Below, piece after piece: positions 48,653 through 59,200 of a stretch of DNA of 64,000 bases; position 1 is the first letter of the stretch, and each line of letters begins with the position of its first letter. A program made the position numbers and the translations under genes. Under the pieces are notes generated by a model. It worked only from the letters and a program-made list of their open reading frames with translations. It had not been told where the DNA came from and searched no databases. The stretch lies in contig BQFW01000013.1 in the NCBI GenBank assembly GCA_020891255.1, positions 1,178,001 to 1,242,000 of the forward strand, written 5' to 3'. This DNA comes from Entomortierella parvispora E1425. Lineage: Eukaryota; Fungi; Mortierellomycota.

Positions 48653-49878
48653 TGAGGTGATGAGGAGATGACAAGTGTGCTTTTGAAATAAAGTTCTTGT
48701 TGAGCAACACAAGCGAGAAGGTAGCGAGAAGGTCCTCCCTTTTTTCTTCCTGTCAATAATGGGATATGGATGCAAAGAAAAAGGAGCTGTCAAAATTGAA
48801 AAATAGCGCAGTAGCACAAGTCACTTTTCAGCCAATCGCAAAAAAGCCTCAGAGCGCTTGAAAATGCCTCATTTGACAAGTGACAGGGAGCAGGTCACCA
48901 TGGAGGTACACAAGATGAATTTGGCAATTTTTGGATTCCTTGGCAGAATCTCTAAAGAGCTTGTGCGTGATGGCTTCTCTCGGGTGATTGTTTCCCCCTT
49001 GGTTCCAGACAAAAAGACCTTCATGGAGCTTTGACTTTGCCAAGATGTCAAACTCGCAGCACTTAACAAGATCCTGGCCGGCGTCCTCCTAACTACTGCG
49101 GCCCTGTCGTCTTTCGTCTCAAGGGATGTTCTTTTTTTTTTTCTTCTAGCACTTGGCTTGGCTCCCATTTCGGATAATCCAGAGGGATCCGGGACGCGTC
49201 AGCCGGTGTGTTTTCATTATTTGTGTGTAAGGTGGACGAGTATGTAAACATCCAAACAAACAAGCGTGTGTGGTAATTTCATTTTTTTTTTTTTTCAATT
49301 GCTTGGCTTATTCAAAGAACCTTCTAGCAGACGTCCAAGAAGAAGAGGGACCCTGTGCGTCGCGGCGTATATCCATGAAGATCTGTTGTGTGCACACATG
49401 TTTCAAGGTGCAGTTGAGCCGAGGGATAGGCGAAATATGCTTTTTTTCCTATTCAATCGCCAAGTGGGAGGTAATGAGTGGGCACAGCGGGTAAGGTGTC
49501 TTGGCACGAGTGACTGCTCAGAATTGGCCTGTGCTTTTGGATTGCCAAGGCCCAGAGGGTGTCGGGAGGGTGTTGTGTGCAAAGACCTTTGGTCGTCTCT
49601 GTGTTTTGTTTAAAAGGAGCGAGCGTCGCCGTCGTTTTTGTGTTCTTTTCATCATCATCATCATCATCATCATCGTCTTCTTCATCTTCTTCGTCATCCA
49701 ACACCTCTCTCTCTCACACACACACACCTACTCTCTATCGCACACAGACTCCCGTATCCTTTTCCACTCTTGCCTCGTTCATCTCCATCCTCACCAACAT
49801 CCTCTGCCTACTCTCCTCTTTCTCAAACTCACCACAACCAACAACCAACACAAGAAATTAGCTATCCCTCCCTACACC

Positions 49879-52800
49879 ATGTCTGACAACTCGAACCTCA
49901 GCCCCTGCAAGGTCACCTTCAACGGTGCCTTTCGCCGCTTCCTTCTCGCTCGCCCTGCCATCTGGTCCGACTTTGAGCAAAAGGTAAATGTCTCCCCGAT
50001 TGTGTCCTACACGGCCATATTATCAGACTTTTTTTTGCATGTATGCATGCATGTTCTTCTTGATGTTGATTATCAGGGTTACTAACATCTTGTTTCCTTT
50101 CTTACTTTCTTTTCCCTTCGCTTTTGAATAGCTCCGTGGCGTTTACCAGCTGCCCGCAACTGCCGCCTTTGACGTGCAGTACACTGACGAGGAAGGCGAT
50201 GTTATCAGCCTCAATACCTCGGCTGAACTGGAGGATGTGCTCTCGATGCACGCCCTCTTCACCCAGGTGGCGCCCGTCAAGTTTGAACTCTTTCTCCGAG
50301 ATGGTTCAAGCCTCCCCCCACCTCAGACTCAAGAACCTGAGGGCGACGACGTGTCGTTGATTGACGTGGAAGAGACCCGTGAAGTCTCTACCTTGGACGA
50401 CCAAGCCCCAGCTTATCCCCAACAGGACCTCGAAGAGGCCGCTCGTCGCCATGAACAAGAAATGGTAGAGGCCTACAAAATCCACTCTCCCGTCTTCTCT
50501 AGCTCGGTCATGACCTTGCAGGGTCTTCAGGCGGCATCCAATGAGGCTGCTCAGAATACCGCAGCTGAGAAGGCTGCCCAGGAAGGGAGCAACGAGGAGG
50601 CCAACAAGCCTTCATCCAGACGAAGCTCTTCCAGCTCCTCCCCTAAAAACCCAGTGGCCATCCCTATCGTCGAGTTTGAGGCTCTCCGTATGGACAACGG
50701 ACCAGAGATCATGGACTCAATTGTAGCCTCTGCTATTGAGCAGCATGCTCAAGAGGTTGCGGCCGCTGTCCAAGACACCGAGAACAGTGAGGACCCTGCC
50801 GAGCCCGAGATCCCTACTTCGACCGGGGGCGACCGAGCCCTGATTGAGAAGTTCCAACAGCTCATCCAGGAATTCCAAGAAGTGATTGCCAACAACCCTC
50901 AGCTCGTGACCTTGTCGGGCTCGATCATGAACCAGATCTTGACCAACGTCCAGGTCAACGTCGAGTCGTTTGCCAATTTCCTTCGGGAGGCTGCAGCCAA
51001 TGCAGCCACCCATGGCCCCGCTGCTGCCGCAGCTGCTGGAGATGCTGCAGCTCGCTCCACCTCTTTCCTCTTTGGCAATGGCCGTCACGAGAACCCGTTC
51101 TTCACAAACCCATTCTTTGGACGTCGTGGTCACGGTCGTCATCATGGCCACCATGGTGGACACCACTTCAACCCATTCGCAGCAGGTGAGGACCCCTTCT
51201 CTGGATCTCACCCTGATCCCTTTGATCGACACCATGGTCATCACGGTCATCACGGTCATCACGGCCATCATGGTCATCATGGTCATCATGGTCATCGTGG
51301 TGGCTTTGGTGGTCCAGGTCGAGGCGGCCGAGGCGGATTCTTCTTTGGTCGTGGAGGCCACCACGGTGCTGGACCCTGGGGTTTTAGCTCCTTCTTCCCT
51401 CCCGCGCCTCCCTGCCCCCCTGGCCCTCCCGGTGCACCTGGCGCTCCCGGCGCGCCCACGGGTGAGGATGTGCCAAACAGCAGGCCATCACCCTTCCAGG
51501 GACCTTTCCCGTTCTCTGCTGGCGACTTCCCTGGCTTCCACCGAGGCCATCATTTCAAGTTCAAGGGCGACCGTCATTGCTCGCGCGATGCCGAAGCTTC
51601 CGACTCTTGCCACAAGAGACGTTGCAAGAAGAATCGCGGCGAACGCTGTTCCAAGAAGGGTGAATCCTCCTCTTCCTCTTCCTCTTCCTCTTCCTCCTCC
51701 TCTTCGGACGATTGCTGCCCAAAAAAGGCCGAAATCAACCATAATGGTTGGGTCTGGACCCGTCTCCCTGAGGATGAAACTATGACCCCTGCCGATGCTG
51801 GTACCTCTGAAGAAGGTGCAGCTGCGGCTGCTGCTACCCAGACGGAAAAGTCTCGTCCAAAGTACGGCTGGGTCTGGAAGGGAGGTGAACTCGCTGAGGG
51901 TCAAGAGCAGGAGCCCGTCCCCGAGTACACCCCTACCTGTGAGACAGATGAGGAGATGGCTGAGGCTGAAGAGGCCAACGAGGCCAACGAGGCCAACGAG
52001 GAAGGAGGTGCTGCCGATGCCAACTTCCCCTTCGGTCGTGGATTCCGAGGGGGATTCTTTGGATTCGGTCGAGGAGGCTTTGGTCGCGGCTTTGGCCCCC
52101 AGTTCTTCCATCACCCCCACGGACATGAGTTTGGTTACCACCACCACGGCCACGGCCACGGACATCCCGATTTCCATGGTCACCACGGCCACCACGGCCA
52201 CCATGGTCCTCACAAGCACGCCCATGATCATCACCGCCACCACCATGGACACAAGCACCCCCGCCGCCATCGCCGTGGCCACCCATCTGATGGTGAGGAT
52301 GGCGGTGACAAGGACAAGGACAAGGACGAAGACAAGAACCCCGATGAGCCCACCGGTGGAGATGGTGGAGACAATAACGAAGAGGCCATCTTCTCTGACG
52401 GCAGTGAACGCCTGAAGCGTCGCCAAGCATTTCATGAGCAGCGACATGCTCTGAAGCAGGCCCGCAAGGAGTTTTTGCAAGAGCAGCGCCAAGCTATTGC
52501 CATCCAGCGTGAGATCCACGATCAGCAAAAGCAGGCCCAAGAACAACAGCGAAAGGCCATGGAGGAACAACGGAAAGCTCTCGAGAAGCAACGCAAGGCC
52601 CAAGAGAAGCAGCGAAAGACTCAAGAGAAACAAAGAAGGGACCAGCATGTCGAGGACATTGTCGAGTCGGCCCGAGGTACCTCGTCGTCGTCCACCCCCG
52701 CGACTCCCTATGTAGTTGGAGCTGGAAGCTTGGCCGGTATCTGGCCTAGTGCTGCCCCCGCCGCTCCTGCCCCTCCTGCAGCCCCTGCAGCTCCATCGAA

Positions 52801-52948
52801 CAACGATGACGAGTTCAGAGAGCAGATCGGTACTTTGGTCTCTATGGGCTTTGCTGACACCCGAGAGTTGCGCACTGTTGTCCGCGATTTTGGAGGGGAG
52901 GTTGAGGCCGTGGTCGAGTTCATGATTTCGGCTGGCCGTCAACATTAG
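49879..52948 (+). CDS. PB1-domain protein with His/Gly- and RGG/Phe-rich repeats, coiled coil and C-terminal UBA-like domain (p62/NBR1-like; 973 aa)
   Basis: Exons 49879-49983 and 50132-52948. PB1: CKVTFNGAFRRF...QYTDEEGDVISLNTSAELEDVL (basic Lys plus OPCA motif). C-terminus FREQIGTLVSMGFADTRELRTVVRDFGGEVEAVVEFM carries the MGF UBA signature. Confidence 0.85.
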
Positions 52949-53326
52949 GGAACAGGATATCTCTGACATGATTTAATTTCATCCAGTGTGGAACAAAAAA
53001 AAAAAAAAAAAAGAAAGAAAGAAAATGATCACCAACTTGAATGAAAAAGACAAAAAACAATAAAAAATGATGAAAACAAACACTTGTATGCTACATGGTT
53101 ATCTTTCAATTGCTATCATAATAATGGTGGACGAGGCGGCCCTTGTTGGGTTCGCCAAAATGCAAATATATTTTTTGAATGCAAATGAACGATTTTATTT
53201 TACTGATATCTTGCGGGGGGTTTGGGGAATGTTGTATGCACAATGAAAGATGAAGGGAAGAAAAAGAGAAAGAGATCTGAGCAAGAGAAAAGGTCCTTTT
53301 CTCAAAATGACACAAAGGAAAACAAA

Positions 53327-54517
53327 TTAAGCAAAGACGTTGGTCTCGGCAAGGGGATCCTCTGGCATCTCGGCCTCCTTGAGCTTCTCGTCCTTCTTGG
53401 CGATGGCATCCATGCGGCTCTTGTAACGGTCCACCTTGGCGTTCTTGATGTTGGAACGGGCAACGTTGGGGCTGACGAACTCGGGGTTCTCGAAAGCAGT
53501 CTGACCACCAAACGATCCATCAAAGACACGGATAGGGTTCATGACAAAGCGAGGTCCAATCTCGACCAAGGTCAAATCCGTGGTGTCGGTTGCTGAACGG
53601 TGCTCCAAGGGCTTTTCCGTGATCTGGTAGTTGCGGAACCAGATGCGGTTATCAACGATCGAGAACGAGATCACATGGTCCACAAAGGGCTTGATGCGAC
53701 GGGCCGTCTTGGGGATTCCAAAGATCTGAGTGAACAACTCCTTCATCAACAGCCAGTGGGGTGTGCTCTCAAAGTTCTTGTCGAACGACAGAATGTGTCG
53801 AGAACCCTTTAAGCAGTTTCCAGTCATCTTGAGCTCCTCCATGGTGTGAACTAAACATGAAATAAAAACAGGTATAGATTGCTTAGTACTTGACTCTGGC
53901 TCGATCACTCTGACTCCTTTCCATTTTCTTCCTTTTCTCTCTCTCTCCTTTGCTCTCTTGGGCATTCGATGTCAACAACAGTCCCTCTAAGCCTAGTCGA
54001 TCTGGCTCGTTTTTCTTACTGTTTTGAATATGGAACTTGACACTGGGACCGTTGGGGGTCTTTGCCAACCACATGTAAAGATCCTGTCTCTTCCTGACCT
54101 CGAAAAAGATGCAGTTGTTGCAGTTGTTGAGCTCAGCGAGCTCATTGATGATGTGAAGTTTTGATTTCGAGTCCAGCTTAGCATCCTTCTTTGTGTGAGG
54201 CAAGAGATCTCCGAGATCGGTCAACAAGTGACGGTGACTATAAATGAGAACCAATGGAGAGGTGGACACAAGAATGAAGCTTGTCGGTTAGATGCATTGT
54301 TGCTTCGATTCCTTTTGACTTGGCAGCCTTATGTCATTGCTGTGATGTCAAAGGTATGAGGAGGAGTGGACATGACATCGTACCGGAAGGTGATTCCGCG
54401 CGAGGAGAGCAAGAGGACACGCTGCTTGTTTCTGAAGACAGGCTTGTCCTCGGTGGCAGCGACAACGCCCTTGGCCTTGTCCTGCTTGCTCTTTTGTGCT
54501 TTGAAGACGGTAGACAT
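53327..54517 (-). CDS. BRX1: Ribosome biogenesis protein Brx1 (Brix domain), 3 exons
   Basis: Exons 54517-54384, 54237-54020 and 53850-53327. NKQRVLLLSSRGITFRHRHLLTDL, KTPNGPSVKFHIQNIHTMEELKMTGNCLKGSR, LVEIGPRFVMNPIRVFDGSFGG. Confidence 0.96.
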
Positions 54518-54926
54518 GATGTGAAGAGGGAGGGAGGGGTATGGATGGATGGATGGAGAGAGGGAGCACTGAAATGAATGAATGTTCGCTCAATGCAGAA
54601 GAGACTTTCAGCCAGAAGCTTTTTTTTTTTTTTTTTTTTTTTTGGAGGCTCGAAGGGCTAAGCCACAAGATATACAAACACGACATGGTACTTTCACGCC
54701 CTGTTCGCATGGTCGCCACTTGTTTGCAGGGAGACCTATGGAGACCTATATGGATCACAAATATATCGCTAGAGGATGATGCAAGTCCATATTCTTGTCC
54801 TTATATCACTCATTCATCCTACTCTCATTGCCGAAAAGAGGAGTCATGGCTCCATCAATCCCATTCTTTTTGATCATCCTAATGACCCTTGTTTTGTCGG
54901 ACATCTAAAATTGGTGGCGTCTGATT

Positions 54927-56516
54927 TTATTGCACTACGTATTGATATTGTTGCGGTTGTCCAGGGTGCCGGGGTAATTGCAGTGAACGTATCGCGCATG
55001 TTGTCCTGCCCTGAGGGACTATCTGAAATAGATGGCACCTCATCAATCTTGGCCATATCCCCAACAGTCGTTGGCCAACCGACGTCTTGCGGATCGCATG
55101 GACACTCTCGTACGGACCCTCGAAGATAGTCAGGTCCATGTACAGACCAAGGGGAATCTTAGGGTTGATTCCAGGAGCAGGAGAATTTCTCACTGTAAGG
55201 CGGAGGTCCCGAAGATCTTTCAAATCTTGAAGTCTGTAAAATACCTGGTTGTTGGACCAATTCGAATACAGCTGTTTGACAAGAACATGAAGGACCTGGA
55301 GGCGATGGCATACCCAAGGACGAGGCGCTGAACGCGCAATTTCCAGCATTTTATCCTTCTCTGTCAGTTTCCCCCCTGACCTTGCCAGAGACGCCTCCAT
55401 GGCTTCAATATCCAACATAGCTGCTGCTTTCCTTATTGTCTCGGCTTCAATTCCATCTGCAACATCGTATACCTCGAGGAATTGCCCTCGATATTCTATG
55501 AGGTTCGGACATGATGACAGGATTGCCTGGCTCATCCAACTTGGAGCGAGCAGTTGAAGAACTTGTAAAGTTTTGGTGTGCCGCTGTAACGCTCGCCAGC
55601 TCAAAATTTCGAATGTCGCGTTTGTGATCGTCAACCGTCGAAGATCGTTTGGGCAGTGTATCAGCAACTGAGCGATCTGTCTATCGTTGAACGAGGGATG
55701 TTGCATGGGTTCTACCGCGAGACGAATTGAATCCAATCGCGGCCAACAACACTGCTGTGGACGGAGAGCAGTGCTGCAAAGAGTTTGTATAAACCCTTCT
55801 ATGTTGTTAATAGACGCGAGGTCTTGGTGGCGATTGTGCGCCACAATTGTCCAGGAGAGAGAGTCAAGTCTGGGCATCTTTTGGAAGAGCGCTATTTGAT
55901 GCTTCCATGGCAAAGACGCCTGGCTACTGGACACGATTAACTCTCGTAGCATTGGAAACTCTGGCCAATCTTTCCAGCGGTCCGATCGAGACTGGGGCCA
56001 GCACCGATTCAGCTCTAGTTTCGTTAACCGTCGAGAGAGATCAAAGATCGAGCTCAGACACTGTTGGTTCAGGAAAAGCATCGAGAGGCCCAGCTCTGTC
56101 ACACGAGGGCAATTCGTCACAAGAGTCTTTAGCAAAAAAGGGTTGACCACTTTCGGACGTAAAGCGGCCACGCTGACCCGCACGAGTTTTGGGTTCCTTG
56201 TGAGAAGTGTCGCATAGAAATCTATACCCGCGTCAAAAACATCGGGATCCATGTTCAATCGCCTGAGCACAGTGCACTCTAGGAGGATGCTGCACATTTG
56301 GTTCCAGTTCAGGAAGAGGGACACCTCAAGATCTTGGACAAAGCAGAGGTGCTTCCGAAAAGAGGACCAGTGCCCATGGTACTGGGCTGAAGCCGCTACC
56401 GAGTAGAGAAGAGGGGAGAAGGAATCGTTCCAAGACTTTGAGACGCGAGAACAGCACGTTAGGGCGTGGTTGTCGAGAAACAGCCCAATTAGAAGACGAA
56501 TTTCAGGAATATCCAT
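54927..56516 (-). CDS. F-box/LRR (RNI-like) protein, copy A, intact (529 aa)
   Basis: N-terminal F-box-like MDIPEIRLLIGLFLDNHALTCCSRVSKSWNDSFSPLLY, degenerate LRRs and the family C-terminal block PWVCHRL...GQRLLGIWPRL. Intronless. Confidence 0.85.
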   Translation of the reverse strand: MDIPEIRLLIGLFLDNHALTCCSRVSKSWNDSFSPLLYSVAASAQYHGHWSSFRKHLCFVQDLEVSLFLNWNQMCSILLECTVLRRLNMDPDVFDAGIDFYATLLTRNPKLVRVSVAALRPKVVNPFLLKTLVTNCPRVTELGLSMLFLNQQCLSSIFDLSRRLTKLELNRCWPQSRSDRWKDWPEFPMLRELIVSSSQASLPWKHQIALFQKMPRLDSLSWTIVAHNRHQDLASINNIEGFIQTLCSTALRPQQCCWPRLDSIRLAVEPMQHPSFNDRQIAQLLIHCPNDLRRLTITNATFEILSWRALQRHTKTLQVLQLLAPSWMSQAILSSCPNLIEYRGQFLEVYDVADGIEAETIRKAAAMLDIEAMEASLARSGGKLTEKDKMLEIARSAPRPWVCHRLQVLHVLVKQLYSNWSNNQVFYRLQDLKDLRDLRLTVRNSPAPGINPKIPLGLYMDLTIFEGPYESVHAIRKTSVGQRLLGIWPRLMRCHLFQIVPQGRTTCAIRSLQLPRHPGQPQQYQYVVQ

Positions 56517-56748
56517 TGGGACCTGAATGGCAAATGGAGACAATGGAAGGGAGAGGGTGTCTCGTGTGAATGGGCGAATGGGGGAATGGGAATGGGGGCA
56601 AAAGACGCACCAATGGTGCCAAACTGATCGTAAACGTACTCCGTGCTTTGCCAAAGGGTCAAAGGACAGCGGCAGTGCGCACGGCTCGACAGACGTGGGC
56701 TCTCTCCTGATCCCGTAAACCATCGTTGCATTGACTGGCCATGCCACC

Positions 56749-57405
56749 ATTGACCTACCCCTGACTTCATTTCCTCATCAGCGCCTATCTTTGACCGCCG
56801 CGACTTGAAAATCCCGTGGCGCGTTTCAAAACAGCACAGGTCATCTTTCCACGGTCATCATCATATCCAGGATCTTGAGGTGGACCACTTCATCACAAAC
56901 AAGAGACAAGCCGGTACTTTCCTGCAGCAGCAAGACGGTGATCTGAAGGGAGTTGCAGTCAGGCCCAAAAGTCAAGACACTGCCATCTTCACACGACTTT
57001 TGGATACACACCCTGGTCCTTTATTCAACTCGATGTTGAAGGCGAGAACAATGTGGAGGATTCGGTGCGCTTGTTGCTGGTTTGTGCCAAAGCTCAGTGT
57101 CCAGAGTTGACAGTGCTGTGGTTCCTTCTTTGGTCAACAAGACACTTGGGGTGGAAGCCAAGTTTAGAATTGTCTCTGTGGTTGACACGACTCGATCTGG
57201 TAGACTGTTGGGCGCGAACTTGGGCCAACGCAGCCGACTGGCTCTAGTTGCCAGAATTGAAAGAGCGCGTTGTGTGTTCCAGGGAGAGCCAGGTTCCTTG
57301 GACGGACCAATTGATGCACTTTCGATGCCCCAAACTAGAATGTCAAGTGCTGGGGGTGTGGTCCCGGCTCGAGTCCTTGCAGGTTACGAACAGACGGTCG
57401 ATGGA
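56749..57405 (+). pseudogene. F-box/LRR pseudogene, copy B (start codon lost, indels, nonsense codon, ~700-bp internal deletion)
   Basis: Nucleotide-colinear with copy C (57579-58250, then 58948-59005). The ATG position reads ATT (ATTGAC versus ATGGAC/ATGGAG). There is a TAG where C has AAG (ctcTAGttgcc versus ttcAAGttgcc), and frameshifts are present. Confidence 0.85.
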
Positions 57406-57454
57406 TGTATCCACGACCTGCCTGCAGGTCAAAAAAATAATTTGAAAATCACCT

Positions 57455-57542
57455 TTCCCTGTTTTCCATCTTTCTATTCCCTGTTTTCCATCTTTCTATT
57501 CCCTGTTTTCCATCTTCCATTTCCCTGTTTTCCATCTTCCAT
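57455..57542. repeat. 22-bp minisatellite x4 (TTCCCTGTTTTCCATCTT[TCTA/CCAT])
   Basis: Four contiguous units at 57455, 57477, 57499 and 57521, directly visible. Confidence 0.95.
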
Positions 57543-57578
57543 TTCGATCACCCATCTCACATTCCGCCATTCTCCTCC

Positions 57579-59001
57579 ATGGAGCTCCCTCCCGAAGTTC
57601 ATCTCATCGTTGGTGCCTATCTAGACCGCTACGACCTAACGCGCTGCGCGCGCGTCTCGAAGGCATGGAACAAAATCTACACCTCGCTCCTGTATTATAC
57701 AGCGTCACGGCAACGTTGTTAACAAGTACTGGCCGTCTGTCTGGAGGCATTTTCACCATATCCGGGATCTTGGAGTGAACCACTTCATCACGAGCAAGGA
57801 GCAAGCCAACACCCTTCCTCAACGGAAGGATGGGGCTCTAAGGCGGCTTGAGATCGTACTCTGTCCCAAAGTTCAAGACACTGCCATCTTTACACGACTT
57901 TTGAGTACAAACAGTGGCCTAGTTGAACTCGATATTGAAGCCGAGAACGATGCCGAGGACTCGGTGCGCCTGTTGCTGGATTGTGCTGAAGCTCACTGCC
58001 CAAAGTTGACAGTGCTGCGATTCTCTTTCTGGCCACCAGGGCACTTGGAGTGGAGGCCCAGTTTAGAGTTGTCTCTGCGGCTGACACGACTTGAAATAGC
58101 AGACTGTTGGGCGCCAAGTTTGTCTGACGCAGAAGACTGGTTCAAGTTGCCAGAACTACAAGAGCTCTCTGTATGTTCTGCCGCGAGTCGGGTTCCATGG
58201 ATGGACCAATTGAAGCAATTTCACTGCCCCAAGCTGAAGTCTCTTTGCTGGACCCTTCTGCGTACCTCCTACGAGTTGTCTCCTTGTGCAAAGGAGTTTC
58301 TGGAGGCTCTCGCCACTCGCCTGAAGGAGCGTCACTGGCCACAATTTCATTCTCTCTCACTGGATCTCGATGGCTTGAGTAACCACCCTCGCTACTGGGA
58401 CCAGGATGAACTGGAGGAGTTGGCTGAGGTCTTGCGCTGTTGTCCTCCTTTGCGAAGTTTGATTTTACCGGATGCTGTCGTTGGTGAAACGGTATGGTCT
58501 GCTATCCAGGGCCACTTTCAAAGCGTCAGGGTTTTGGATCTGAGAGCAGATAGTTGTATGGTCCAAGAGGTGCTATCATCATGTCCTGAGCTCCGAGAGC
58601 TCGAAGGTGGTAGTCTTTGTGTCTATGATGTTGTTCAGGGCTTGCTCGGCTTTCCATCGTCTCCTTTCGGCTCGCCCCAGCATGGCCAGGGCCACTGGGT
58701 GTGTTATAATCTCGAGGTATTCGACATCCATGTCACTAGGATGAAAGAAAACGAAGCAAACAATCTAGTATTCCAGCAGTTAGCAGGATTGAAGTATCTC
58801 AGAGATATTGGTCTATGCTCGGGTTCGGGTCACAACGAGGGACTTGACCCACGAGTTCATCTTGGATTGGATATGAACTTGGAGCCCTTCAACGAAGCAT
58901 ACTCAGAAGCCCGCCAGATCCGAGAAAATGAAATAGGACGTCGCTTACTGGAGATTTGGCCCCAGCTCGAGTCCTGCTACTTGAGCACAGATGAAATATA
59001 G
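57579..59001 (+). pseudogene. F-box/LRR protein, copy C, with a 1-nt frameshift just after the F-box (young pseudogene or assembly error)
   Basis: ATG 57579 gives MELPPEVHLIVGAYLDRYDLTRCARVSKAWNKIYTSLLY, which stops at about 57721. The LRR body (NKYWPSVWRHFHHIRDL... to 59001) is in the +1 frame, with 28 nt where the paralogs have 27. Confidence 0.75.
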
Positions 59002-59200
59002 TCGGTCGATGGCAACCTTGAGCCTGTGCTTGGTCAAGCGTGGGGTCCAATGATGGTGGCTATCGCTCAGTCTGTGCGACTGCATGCAAGGCCTTGCGGT
59101 CGAGAAAATAAAAATAAAATAAAAATCACGTTTCCTCATCTCGACATTTCAATCAACTTTTCTCTCATTCTCTCATTGCACATTCCGCCATTCCTCCTTC

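Noticed and set aside
48641-48664. (GTGATGAG)3 at the SMG8 stop, containing C-box-like RTGATGA motifs
   Set aside because: No downstream CTGA D box within snoRNA range. Removing the extra repeats still gives a stop two codons later, so the repeat did not cause the truncation.
48849-49168. Two short minus-strand ORFs (64 and 99 aa) between SMG8 and the PB1 gene
   Set aside because: They overlap in different frames with no splice sites joining them, and I recognise no family motif.
51488-52969. 493-aa antisense ORF opposite the PB1-UBA gene (and similar antisense ORFs over the PDI and low-complexity genes)
   Set aside because: Shadow of repetitive, codon-biased sense sequence. The hydrophobic Val/Met runs are simply the complement of His/Asp repeats.
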